Virus record (IMG/VR): IMGVR_UViG_3300010344_000600 | Location: 1-64,000 of that record | DNA: 64,000 nucleotides | From: a virus | Taxonomy: Duplodnaviria; Caudoviricetes | Strand: one strand, 5' to 3' | Part shown: positions 44,467-53,153 of the stretch, piece after piece | Position numbering within the stretch: position 1 is the stretch's first letter | Layout of the letters: each line of letters opens with the position of its first letter | Notes under the pieces: model-generated | Databases searched by the model: none | Told to the model about the DNA's origin: nothing | Seen by the model: the letters and a program-made list of their open reading frames with translations, nothing else | Position numbers and translations under genes: made by a program

Positions 44467-44718
44467 TTAATCGGATTCCCGCAGGTCATCCAGAGTAACC
44501 TCGCGCAACTTGGCCAGCTTCGTCAGCGGTTTCTTGCCGTAGATCAGTTCGAACAGCAGAACTATGGGCTTTGGGATGCGGCGGCCGGACTCGTAGCGGG
44601 ACCCGCCGCTTTGCGTGACGCCGAGGCGCGACCAGAACACGGACTGATTCTCGTTGCGCTTATGGCGGGTCTTGACGACAAGTTCGGTCATGTTGACGGG
44701 TTTTTTCGGTGCGGCCAT
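44467..44718 (-). CDS. RsaL-like XRE HTH regulator
   Basis: ENQSVFWSRLGVTQSGGSRYESG..IP.PI.LL resembles P. aeruginosa RsaL (ESQETFWSRFGISQSCGSRFENG); AGGAGT RBS. Confidence 0.75.
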   Translation of the reverse strand: MAAPKKPVNMTELVVKTRHKRNENQSVFWSRLGVTQSGGSRYESGRRIPKPIVLLFELIYGKKPLTKLAKLREVTLDDLRESD

Positions 44719-44773
44719 GGTGGTACTCCTGTGATTAAAAATGGTTGATTGCGTAGGTTTGATGCGCGATAGA

Positions 44774-46396
44774 TCAGTCCCAGCGGTCCAAACAGTAGTC
44801 AATGCTGTTTCCCGCCGACCAAACGCGGACCATGGCCGACCATTCGCCGCCGCCTTTTTGCAGCATCACGCCGGCTGCATGCGGTTCATTCATTCCGGCG
44901 ATGCTGGCTCTGCGGGAATAGGCCTCGATTACGGAGCGGATGCCGTGAAACTCTGCACGCAGTATTTCAGGGAAAAGTGCTGCCCCTGGCTGTCTCGACT
45001 CGCGCGCCCCGGACAGGACGAATAGCACGCCGAGTCCTTGGTGATCGTTTCCACCTTCCCATAAGGAAGGCTTGAGGGTAATGGCGTCCACCGGGTAAAA
45101 CTTTCCAGACTTCAGCCCAAAGGACTCAGCCGACGATCCGCCATTCCAGAAGTACCACGACACTGGATTGCGCTTGTCTTCATGGTCCCATTGAAGGATC
45201 GGCGGGGCATCAGCATTCACCGCTGTTACGAGCGCGGTATAGCTGCCCACGGCCGGAGCGCGGAATGCGATGCGCTCAGCGGCAGGAAGAACGGTTCGCT
45301 GAAACTTCTCCCAGGTCATTTTATGGGCCGGTATCGCCATGCTTAACCCGGATTCCTTGCTCGTGGGTTTCAGGTGGCCGAACACACCTTCGGCGGCCGG
45401 AGCCTCCTTTATTGGCGCAGGCTTCCACAGCGCCTTAACCTCATCAAGACGGGCGAAGCGACGATCCAGTGATCCAGCGGCACCTAGTTGCTGAATTATT
45501 TTTTCTGCCGCGGCAATGGCTCCTTCCGAGGGGGCCGCTTGCGGACGCTGGTAGGAAAGCGGGTGCATCTTGTCAGCGAACCGGCGCGATACATCGCTAA
45601 AATCCATTCCCGCCGCAATATCTTCCAGCAAGGTTCCGATCATTGAACTGCGCGGGTGGCAGAATCCAGCGGGCGCCGAAGCAATGGCGCGCCATACCAC
45701 GTTCGACTTCGCGGTTTTGTGAGCGACGTCGAGCGCAAGGTGCAGGTTATACAGCCATTCGGCTTGGCCAAGCACCTTCTCGCTGCGATACAGAGAGTCG
45801 GTCTTGAGCAGCGTCAGCGCCAGTTCAAGGTGCGGCTTCGTGAACTCCGTCAAGGCGCGCATAACGGTATTGAAGCCCTCGCGCTTCTCGGCCATGGCCT
45901 GGCCTGCGGTCAGCGTCGAGCGCTTATACAAAATGCAAGACGGCGGGGTGACGGAAAGGTGGTGCCAAACGCCGGTTTCTGGCGTTCCCCAGACGCGATC
46001 GGAGGACAGGAATACGCCCGTTACTTTCGCCGTGCGAACTATCCTGGCCATGGCAGCAATAGCCGGACGATAGATTTCTGGTGCATCGTACTCGTGCCAC
46101 AGGGCTGGTGTAGTGACCCCTGTGCTGTCGATAACAACCAGACCACCAAAGCGCTCGATAAACTGTCGACAGGCATGGCATGTATGGTTCTGGCGCTGCG
46201 GAACCGCTGCTTCACCAGGGGCCGGCATGGGACCAAAAGCGTCAAGGTAGGCGTCCCACAATCCGATCGCATCAGTTTCAAACAGATGGGCGGCGCCGTT
46301 CAGGATGTTTCCAATGAACCGCTCCTGAAGGTGGGCCAAGAAACCGTCATAAACGGAGTCGCTACTGTTTCCAACGGCAGATATTTGGGTATTCAT
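44774..46396 (-). CDS. Conserved phage protein of unknown function (~540 aa)
   Basis: LF.TDA..LWDAYLD.F...RQ.H.CHACR.FI.RFGG, GFCHPRSSMIGTLLEDI, LQWD....RNPVSWY motifs; GAGG RBS. Confidence 0.75.
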   Translation of the reverse strand: MNTQISAVGNSSDSVYDGFLAHLQERFIGNILNGAAHLFETDAIGLWDAYLDAFGPMPAPGEAAVPQRQNHTCHACRQFIERFGGLVVIDSTGVTTPALWHEYDAPEIYRPAIAAMARIVRTAKVTGVFLSSDRVWGTPETGVWHHLSVTPPSCILYKRSTLTAGQAMAEKREGFNTVMRALTEFTKPHLELALTLLKTDSLYRSEKVLGQAEWLYNLHLALDVAHKTAKSNVVWRAIASAPAGFCHPRSSMIGTLLEDIAAGMDFSDVSRRFADKMHPLSYQRPQAAPSEGAIAAAEKIIQQLGAAGSLDRRFARLDEVKALWKPAPIKEAPAAEGVFGHLKPTSKESGLSMAIPAHKMTWEKFQRTVLPAAERIAFRAPAVGSYTALVTAVNADAPPILQWDHEDKRNPVSWYFWNGGSSAESFGLKSGKFYPVDAITLKPSLWEGGNDHQGLGVLFVLSGARESRQPGAALFPEILRAEFHGIRSVIEAYSRRASIAGMNEPHAAGVMLQKGGGEWSAMVRVWSAGNSIDYCLDRWD

Positions 46397-46425
46397 TGAT
46401 TCCTCTTGTGGTATTGGTGAAATGG

Positions 46426-48243
46426 TTAAGCCGCCTGCTGTTGCTGAACGGTGTCGTACAGAACTCCGTTTTCCAGCCAGTGCAGCGACCACGTATCCGG
46501 GAATCCCTGCGGAAGTTCTTTCAGCGTGGCGCAGATGAGCACCGTATCGAGCATGCCGTCCGCGACCAGCGTATCGATCCACTCCATGAAGGTGCCGCGG
46601 TTGGACAGGCTGAGTACGTCCATGCGGTCGATGATGAGTATCTTGGTGCCGGACAAATGACTGATGGCTTCTGCAATGGCGGCGTCGGCTTTCCAGCGGG
46701 CGGTCTCGCTGCCGAGGGCATAGTCTCTGCCGTCCATCCAGATTCCCATGTCGTCGGTAATGGAGGTTTGCTTCCAGCCGGTGGCCATCGCTGTTTCGCG
46801 CAGCCGACCGTTGAACGGGCGCAGGGCATCCCGCAATAGTTCACAAGGGATTCCGTCCGGGGCCAGATCGTCGGCCAATGCTTCCCACGTCTTGACGTCA
46901 GCGTGATGACCGCGGGCCTTCTCGATATGCGCTTCACGACTGGCAACACCGCGTTCAAGCATTTCCAGGCGGGCGACATCCTTGCGCACCATCTCCTGAC
47001 TGGCGCGCGCGATCGCCAGATCCGCTTCGGGCGAGGTCGGTACCGGCGTTTCTTCGGTAGTTGTCAGTTCCGCCAGTTCCTTGGCCGCCAGCTCAGCCGC
47101 CGTCAGATAGCGCTGATCGTTGGCGACAGAGTTTTTCATCAGGGTATAAGCGGCCTCCCGGTCAGCGACCTTGGATGCGAGTTCGCGGGTCTCGGCATCG
47201 GGCTCGACGCTGGCGCCGTAATGCTTCTGATACTCGTCCAGCGCATTCTGGATGCTGACGATCAGGGCTCCGTCCCAGGGAATGAACTCACCGCTCAAGG
47301 TGCTGACCAGTTGTGTCGTGCTGACGGTGGCCATGACCTGTCGCGCAATCGCAACGAAGGCCATCAGGTCAGCGGGCGCCGATTTCTTCGGCAGCAAGCC
47401 GGCTGCAACGCGCGATTCTTCGAGTTTGAGCGCGGCCTCTGAGAGCCCTGCTTCATCGGTCGCCAGTTTGTTGACCATCCGGGCATGATGCGAGGCGGTT
47501 TCGCGCAGCCCGGCAATACGCCGCTCCCGGGCCGCTGCCTGTTCCTTATGGACCCGGTACGCGCCTTGCGCTTGCGTCAGGGTGGAGACCGTCAGGTCGA
47601 CGCCGGCCAGGGTCTCGCGGGCGGTGTCCAGAGCCGCCGCGTCAAACGCCACTTCAGCCGGCGCCCAGCTTTCCGCCTTGACCTCGCCGTAGACTTCGTT
47701 GGTAATGGCTTTCCAGGCGGCGCGCGCTTCGGACGCCTTGCCCTTGGCGGTTTTATGGGCGGCCGGCGCACCGGAGGGTAACTCGCAAGCGACGACCTTA
47801 TCCAGCGCATGCCCTTTTTCCAGAAGGCGGCGGGAAAGTTCTTCGGCTCCGATCTTGGCGTCGAGCAACCCGAACAGGAAGGTGCGCCGGGCGTCGGGCG
47901 TCAGGCTGGAAAAGCGGCCTGCCTGCAGCACGTACTCGATCGCGGCAGGCATTGCTCCTTCGCTCAAGTGCGAACCGGAGGGGAGATTGACGCGCGCCCT
48001 GCCGTCTTCCCACTCGACGGATACTTGCCCCTTCTTGGCGCCGTCAAGGACCAGTTGGCCGTAATCCTTTTTTGCGCCGACGCGCGTTGCACGTCCGGTG
48101 AAAGCCAGGATCAGGGCGTCGACAAGCGAGGTCTTGCCCTGCTCGTTGTCGGCCGCGATCAGGGTAATCGGACGGGAGCCGAGGTTCAGGTTGATGTCCC
48201 GCAGTATCTGGAAGTTGTTGGCCGTGAGATTGTGCAGTTTCAT
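46426..48243 (-). CDS. SMC/Rad50(SbcC)-like AAA ATPase with coiled coil
   Basis: N-terminal P-loop AADNEQGKTS, long helical middle, C-terminal signature/Walker B LGSETARW..IIDRMDVL. Confidence 0.8.
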   Translation of the reverse strand: MKLHNLTANNFQILRDINLNLGSRPITLIAADNEQGKTSLVDALILAFTGRATRVGAKKDYGQLVLDGAKKGQVSVEWEDGRARVNLPSGSHLSEGAMPAAIEYVLQAGRFSSLTPDARRTFLFGLLDAKIGAEELSRRLLEKGHALDKVVACELPSGAPAAHKTAKGKASEARAAWKAITNEVYGEVKAESWAPAEVAFDAAALDTARETLAGVDLTVSTLTQAQGAYRVHKEQAAARERRIAGLRETASHHARMVNKLATDEAGLSEAALKLEESRVAAGLLPKKSAPADLMAFVAIARQVMATVSTTQLVSTLSGEFIPWDGALIVSIQNALDEYQKHYGASVEPDAETRELASKVADREAAYTLMKNSVANDQRYLTAAELAAKELAELTTTEETPVPTSPEADLAIARASQEMVRKDVARLEMLERGVASREAHIEKARGHHADVKTWEALADDLAPDGIPCELLRDALRPFNGRLRETAMATGWKQTSITDDMGIWMDGRDYALGSETARWKADAAIAEAISHLSGTKILIIDRMDVLSLSNRGTFMEWIDTLVADGMLDTVLICATLKELPQGFPDTWSLHWLENGVLYDTVQQQQAA

Positions 48244-48248
48244 GAGGC

Positions 48249-49454
48249 TTACTCCACGTTGCGGAAACGGCCACCGGATTGCGTGGCGGCCGGCTTGCTG
48301 CGGACCTTGATGGCGCGTTCAACGGCGTCGATGGCTTCGCCGCCGAGGCGATTGGCGATGTCCTGGGCCATTTCGTAGTCGTCGCGCGTGACGTAGGCCA
48401 GGGCATCCTCCAGCGTCGGGCCGTCGTCGAGCGGCATTGCGGCGCTATCAGGGGTTTCTTGGGTAGCTTGCCTAGCTTGCGCAGCCGGTTTTTTTTCCTG
48501 CCGGTCGACGTGGATGGTTTCAGCCTTTGGAATGGACTGCTGAACGATTTCCGGCGTCATGTGCTCAAGCGCGGGCGGCTCTGCCCCGTCATCAACCACT
48601 GAGCGCACCACGTCGACGTCGTTCATGGCGCGCAGGTCGATCGTTGCGCCTTCGCTGCGGTCGTCAAGCTGTGCGGCGGCGCTCATCGAATCACCATCCG
48701 TCAGCGGCAATTGCTTGGCATGCTTCTTGATCGCTGACTTGGCAGCCATGTCGTCCTGCCACATGACCCACGGCGTTTCGTCGTACTTCTTTTGCGCCGA
48801 AGCCTTGTCCTTGGCAGTTTCCGCGCTTTCCAGATTGCGCGTCAGGGCGTTGAAGGTCTCTGAGCGGGCGCGGATCTTGTAGATTTCATCAAGCGGCAGG
48901 ACGGTCGCCAGTTCGATACCGGAAGACAGGCGCGTATGACAGAAGGCGCCGATCAACTCGCCGCGATCCTTCAGCGCCTTGCGATAGCGCAGGAAGGATT
49001 CAGACCCCATCATGTGATCGAACAGATCGCCCTCATGAATGGCTTGCGCCTGGATGCTGTCGATGTGCGGCGATCGGTGCGCCAGGGTGACGAACCCGCG
49101 ATAGCCGACCTGGAACTGACAGTCGTAAGCATCAATCCACTTTCCGCCGACATTGACGCGCTTTTTGTAGGGGATAAGGAAGGCTTGTTGCTGCACGGTA
49201 TTGGGTTCCAGCCCGAGCGCCGCTGATGCCATGAAGGCGCCGAGCACGGACTCCGGGTCGCACTGGGCCAGCAGCGGGGTTTTCTTGATCGAGTTAATGG
49301 CCAGGCGCAGGAAGCGCTCGGGCGTGAAAAACTTGGCGGCAACAGCGCCGATCGCCTTGGCGAAGCGGGGGTTGTCCAACTTGTGGAAGATGGTCGGCAC
49401 GCTGGAGTTTTCCGCGCGGACTTGTTGCAGTTCATTGATAGAGGCGGTTGCCAT
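48249..49454 (-). CDS. recT: RecT-family single-strand annealing protein
   Basis: TPERF.R.A...I.K.P.LA.C.PES.LGA.M..A.LGLEP, Q.GYRG..LA.RS, W....DMA.K..IK...K.LP. Confidence 0.9.
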   Translation of the reverse strand: MATASINELQQVRAENSSVPTIFHKLDNPRFAKAIGAVAAKFFTPERFLRLAINSIKKTPLLAQCDPESVLGAFMASAALGLEPNTVQQQAFLIPYKKRVNVGGKWIDAYDCQFQVGYRGFVTLAHRSPHIDSIQAQAIHEGDLFDHMMGSESFLRYRKALKDRGELIGAFCHTRLSSGIELATVLPLDEIYKIRARSETFNALTRNLESAETAKDKASAQKKYDETPWVMWQDDMAAKSAIKKHAKQLPLTDGDSMSAAAQLDDRSEGATIDLRAMNDVDVVRSVVDDGAEPPALEHMTPEIVQQSIPKAETIHVDRQEKKPAAQARQATQETPDSAAMPLDDGPTLEDALAYVTRDDYEMAQDIANRLGGEAIDAVERAIKVRSKPAATQSGGRFRNVE

Positions 49455-49486
49455 GTGATATCTCCTATGGGGGAAAAGTAATCCGG

Positions 49487-50401
49487 TTACTCGTAACCGC
49501 GCGTCAGGTAGCCGGGGAGAGAGACAACTTCAATGCCGTCGCTGTACCCCGGCCACAGGTTGGTGCGCCGGCAGCGGGCGTATACGTCGAGCAGATCTCG
49601 GTATTGGTCGCGGCCAATGGTGATCCCCGTCGGGTCGAGCATGCTGGCGCAGGCGGCATATGGGTATGCGGTTTCGACGGCGACAAATACAAATCCGTGC
49701 ACCGTCTTCTCCGAGGCAATCTCGTAGCCGTCGCTGTAGAACGAGGACTGAATGTGATACCCCTTGCGACCGATCTGGCGCGCAAATTCTTCTGGGCTGG
49801 CGTCGGAGTATGTCTTGACGTCGAGAATAATCACGCCGGTTTCCGTCGTCGGGTTTTCCCAGTCAGGCCGGCAGCGGCACAGTTCGCCGGTCACCGGGTC
49901 GTTCCAGAACGCCGAGACTTCTGGCCGCCCTTTGTCGAGCAGCGCCCGGATGTCGGGCAGGGCGCGCATGGAGTCGGCTTGACGCATGGCGGTTTCGTAC
50001 TGATCTGCAGTGATCACCCGCTTGTTTCCGTTCTCCCTTGCGAATTTATCCCAGTATTCGATTGAAATCAAAGTTTCTGCGCTCGGCTTCTTTGCTTCGC
50101 GTTGCGCTGATGACGGACGGCGCGGAGCGTCATCAGGAGTGACGACGTATCTCTTATTGAACTGATCTGGCTCCAGAACGGCGCAATGGGCGAGAGAACC
50201 TTCGAGTTGTCCGGCTCGCTCCTTGGGCGCTGGCCGGTTCGGAGCGAGGTACTTGGCGTAGTAGTGCGCTGGTGATCGGGCGATTTCGGACAAGCCGGAC
50301 TTGGACACGCCCGGGCCTTGGTGATATGCGTTAATGTCCAGATCGACAATCAACCCTTGCGGAACGATGGCGCTCTGCGGGAATTGGATAACAGCACTCA
50401 T
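49487..50401 (-). CDS. RecE/exodeoxyribonuclease VIII-like PD-(D/E)XK exonuclease
   Basis: YH..PG.SKS.L....SPA.Y, G...H..VLEP..F, CRCRPD...DVKT...Y..Q..FY.DG; adjacent to recT. Confidence 0.85.
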   Translation of the reverse strand: MSAVIQFPQSAIVPQGLIVDLDINAYHQGPGVSKSGLSEIARSPAHYYAKYLAPNRPAPKERAGQLEGSLAHCAVLEPDQFNKRYVVTPDDAPRRPSSAQREAKKPSAETLISIEYWDKFARENGNKRVITADQYETAMRQADSMRALPDIRALLDKGRPEVSAFWNDPVTGELCRCRPDWENPTTETGVIILDVKTYSDASPEEFARQIGRKGYHIQSSFYSDGYEIASEKTVHGFVFVAVETAYPYAACASMLDPTGITIGRDQYRDLLDVYARCRRTNLWPGYSDGIEVVSLPGYLTRGYE

Positions 50402-50601
50402 GATGTACTCCTTGGTAAAACAATCGGCAGGCCCAGCCAGTGCGGGCCAAGGTGTTCAACAGACGCCATCCACTTGATGCGATGGCGCTTGACATCTTCC
50501 CGGTTGGAAAACTCGGTTCTCGGGAAAGCCTTGACCGCTTTACGGGCCAGGCTGATGCGGCTTTGATTCGCGGTTGCTGCGGTGGATTCAGCAAGTTTCA
50601 T
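50398..50601 (-). CDS. Hypothetical protein (67 aa)
   Basis: ATGA overlaps on both sides. Confidence 0.55.
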   Translation of the reverse strand: MKLAESTAATANQSRISLARKAVKAFPRTEFSNREDVKRHRIKWMASVEHLGPHWLGLPIVLPRSTS

Positions 50602-50885
50602 TTCTTCCCTTTCTTCTTCTTGAGAGCGCTCAACTGTTTCTGGCGGATCGTCTGAAGCTCGGCACAATGAATGCACCGAGATCCAATGTGGCCATCGCGG
50701 CAACGGTGCATTCCAGAAGCCTGAAAATCGTGGCCACAGCACGCGCAGTGATGCTCTATCCCTTCGTCCGTCTCGTCGTGCCCATCCTTGATCAAATGGA
50801 CTCGGCCAGCGCCCGGTGGAATGGGGTGTGGATCGGAGATACGCAGTCCCATCAACTCCACGATCACGAAGGAAACTCCATGCAC
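50598..50885 (-). CDS. Small Cys/His-rich (putative zinc-binding) protein
   Basis: CxxC..C..CxxC; coupled to the downstream gene; start uncertain. Confidence 0.4.
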   Translation of the reverse strand: MHGVSFVIVELMGLRISDPHPIPPGAGRVHLIKDGHDETDEGIEHHCACCGHDFQASGMHRCRDGHIGSRCIHCAELQTIRQKQLSALKKKKGKK

Positions 50886-51043
50886 ACCGACGACCGGTCG
50901 ACTTGTTCATAAGCGTCCAGAGTGGATTCTTTCCTGGCCCTTTCTTTATTCAAACGTTTTTCTTCCTGGCGATGCTTTTCAGCAACTTCCATCGCTCTCG
51001 CATACGCCTTGATCGAACTTCCAAGTTGGTCGAAGGTGAGCAT
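50864..51043 (-). CDS. First gene of the leftward early operon, hypothetical
   Basis: AGGGGAAAAG RBS; charged helical peptide. Confidence 0.5.
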   Translation of the reverse strand: MLTFDQLGSSIKAYARAMEVAEKHRQEEKRLNKERARKESTLDAYEQVDRSSVCMEFPS

Positions 51044-51139
51044 TTCTTTTCCCCTTTGAAAGCGCTCCACGCTTGAACAAGGTTGGGAGCATTACCCTTT
51101 TCATCCTGACGGGAGAGTATCGCCGCCCGTTTGATTAGT

Positions 51140-51168
51140 ATCCTACGCAGCATTGTGGAGTGCGTCAA
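51140..51168 (-). promoter_or_regulatory. Putative leftward early promoter (PL-like)
   Basis: TTGACG-N17-TAGGAT on the minus strand upstream of the recombination operon. Confidence 0.65.
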
Positions 51169-51524
51169 GTACATAATCAAAATAAATTTATGGATTATGC
51201 CGCCAGAAATAGGTAATATTTACGTCCTGCTTTGCGCGAATGTGTATGGCAAACTTGCCGGCAAGAAACAGCAAGGCGATGGCCAGGCAGAGGGGAGGGG
51301 TTTTTGTTTCAGCGAACAAATGGAGCTACGCTGCACATCCGTTGTTCTGGCAACGGAAGGTTTTGATCTGATGTATGACTAAAGGCGCAGTGAAATAAGT
51401 CACACGCACAACCCGGCAAGCCGGTATAGTTAGTTCGACCGCGACACTAATTAGCTGAAAAAGTTCTTCAGTGTCGATATATAAAAATGGTCAGGGGGGG
51501 TAATGGAACCGTGTCGAAATAATG

Positions 51525-51800
51525 TCAGTTGCTGGGCTCTGGTGTCGTCGTTTGGGCGCGAGGATCCTGCCGGCACGCCGCCGACAGATCATCACTCAAC
51601 AGCCTCAGTCCTCCCAGCGTGTGAGCTGCGTATCGTCCCGCCGAACCGGCAATATCACGCAGATGGCCTTGATGGTCCCGCGTTAAACATACACAGGCTA
51701 TACCATCGATAGCGCCAGCCTCTGCGTCTTGCAGCAGGGCCTGCAGGAGATTGATCGTTTCCTGGATGTCGGAGTTTAGGCGGTTCTTCGAGGTCATCAT
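51525..51800 (-). CDS. Hypothetical protein co-transcribed with cI
   Basis: GGAGAG RBS, ATGA overlap with the cI stop; LQ.A.AG.I.GIA.V pattern. Confidence 0.6.
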   Translation of the reverse strand: MMTSKNRLNSDIQETINLLQALLQDAEAGAIDGIACVCLTRDHQGHLRDIAGSAGRYAAHTLGGLRLLSDDLSAACRQDPRAQTTTPEPSN

Positions 51801-52228
51801 TTCTCTCCAATGGCGATCGGCTGATAAGCCAGGCGCAGGCGATGAACGGTAGCGAGTTGCGGGGTTGGTGGATAGCGCTTGATGCGCGTAACCTCGGCGG
51901 GCGCTTCGATCACAGCAGCTGTTTCCTTGATTTCCGGCTTTCCGGCCATGCGCAGAAAAACATTTCGTTCTGCGATTCCCAGGGTCGACCACAGTTGCAG
52001 GACCAATCTCTCGTCTGCCGACAGAAATAAATCGTGCTCCGGCACGTCGAGCGCCAGGGCAATCGCCTTCAAAGCGGGCTCGCTCCAGCGAATTCTCCCG
52101 CGTTCCAGTTTGGAAAGATTACCCGCGTCGTAGCCGGAGGCCAAAGCGACCTGTTGCAAGGTCATCCCTTTGGATTCGCGGATCTCGCGCAAGTTGCGCC
52201 CTAAATTTTCCATCGTTTTTACCTCCAT
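51797..52228 (-). CDS. cI: CI-like XRE HTH repressor (no S24 peptidase domain)
   Basis: LREIRESKGMTLQQVA..SGYDAGNLSKLERG; divergent from the Cro-like gene. Confidence 0.8.
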   Translation of the reverse strand: MEVKTMENLGRNLREIRESKGMTLQQVALASGYDAGNLSKLERGRIRWSEPALKAIALALDVPEHDLFLSADERLVLQLWSTLGIAERNVFLRMAGKPEIKETAAVIEAPAEVTRIKRYPPTPQLATVHRLRLAYQPIAIGEK

Positions 52229-52345
52229 GGCATTGATGGGCGAATCATCTTACTTTTTTGTTTTCAATGCAAATTAACAAAAACTTGCATGTTTGACTTA
52301 CAATGTGTATTCAGTGCACGTTGATACTATAGGAGTGGTTACTCA

Positions 52346-52603
52346 ATGGGTAAAGGAAAAAGAGCGATGCAGCCGCGCAGCAAGCTACGCATGGCGCGCG
52401 AGGCGCGTGGCCTGACGCTGGTGCAGGTCGCCGAGATCGTCGGTTACGACGCGGGAAATCTGTCGAAGTTGGAGCGTTTTGAAATCCGCTCGATTGATAT
52501 AGCCCTGAAACTGGTTGATTTTTTCGGCAAGAAAATCATCTCGATGGAAGATATTTTGCGGGCACCGAAGGATTGGCCAGTGTCTGAATCTGCGGAAATT
52601 TGA
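52346..52603 (+). CDS. cro: Cro-like XRE HTH regulator
   Basis: LRMAREARGLTL.QVA..VGYDAGNLSKLER; first gene of the rightward operon; start could be ATG 52367. Confidence 0.8.
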   Translation: MGKGKRAMQPRSKLRMAREARGLTLVQVAEIVGYDAGNLSKLERFEIRSIDIALKLVDFFGKKIISMEDILRAPKDWPVSESAEI

Positions 52604-52604
52604 C

Positions 52605-53153
52605 ATGGATCGCACTCCGGTGTCAAAGAAAAAACGCTTCGACGTATTCAAGCGAGATTCTTTCACTTGCCAATATTGCGGAGCAACTCCACCCAGTGTC
52701 GTTCTTGAAGTCGACCATATAAACCCTGTGTCACTCGGGGGGAAAAACTCCATCGACAACCTGATTACAGCTTGTTTTAGCTGTAATAGAGGAAAGTCGG
52801 CCGGCCTTTTGTCGGACATACCGCAAACCCTGAAGGATCGCGCAGAAGAAGTTAAAGAGCGCGAGTCACAGATCAAGGGATACAACGCGGTTCTAACAGA
52901 AAGAGCGACCCGCCTAACCAATGAAGCATGGGTTGTTGCTGCGGCTATTGAGGGAGAAGATTGGTTTGACGAGTTCAGCAAGGATGATTTGCAAAGCATA
53001 AAAAAATTCCTTGAAAAGCTTCCTGCTCAAGAAGTTATCGAAGCCGCAGAGAGCGCCAACAGAAAGGTATTTGGCAATGTAGAAAGGCGGTTTCGTTATT
53101 TCTGCGGAATTTGCTGGAGCAAGATAATGGAGGCGGGAAATGGCTCGCGCTAG
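52605..53153 (+). CDS. HNH endonuclease
   Basis: RFDVFKRD.FTCQYCG..EVDHI.PVS.GG.N..DNL.TAC..CN.GK. Confidence 0.9.
   Translation: MDRTPVSKKKRFDVFKRDSFTCQYCGATPPSVVLEVDHINPVSLGGKNSIDNLITACFSCNRGKSAGLLSDIPQTLKDRAEEVKERESQIKGYNAVLTERATRLTNEAWVVAAAIEGEDWFDEFSKDDLQSIKKFLEKLPAQEVIEAAESANRKVFGNVERRFRYFCGICWSKIMEAGNGSR

Noticed and set aside
35764-48480. Scattered GCTAG/TAGCTTGC clusters (about 35764, 36990, 41000, 48465) as dispersed parS sites
   Set aside because: No consistent consensus or spacing; most lie within coding sequence
51131-51382. 83-aa plus-strand ORF in the control region
   Set aside because: Overlaps the PL-like promoter, opposes the local transcription direction and has no supporting motif; a short real gene cannot be excluded
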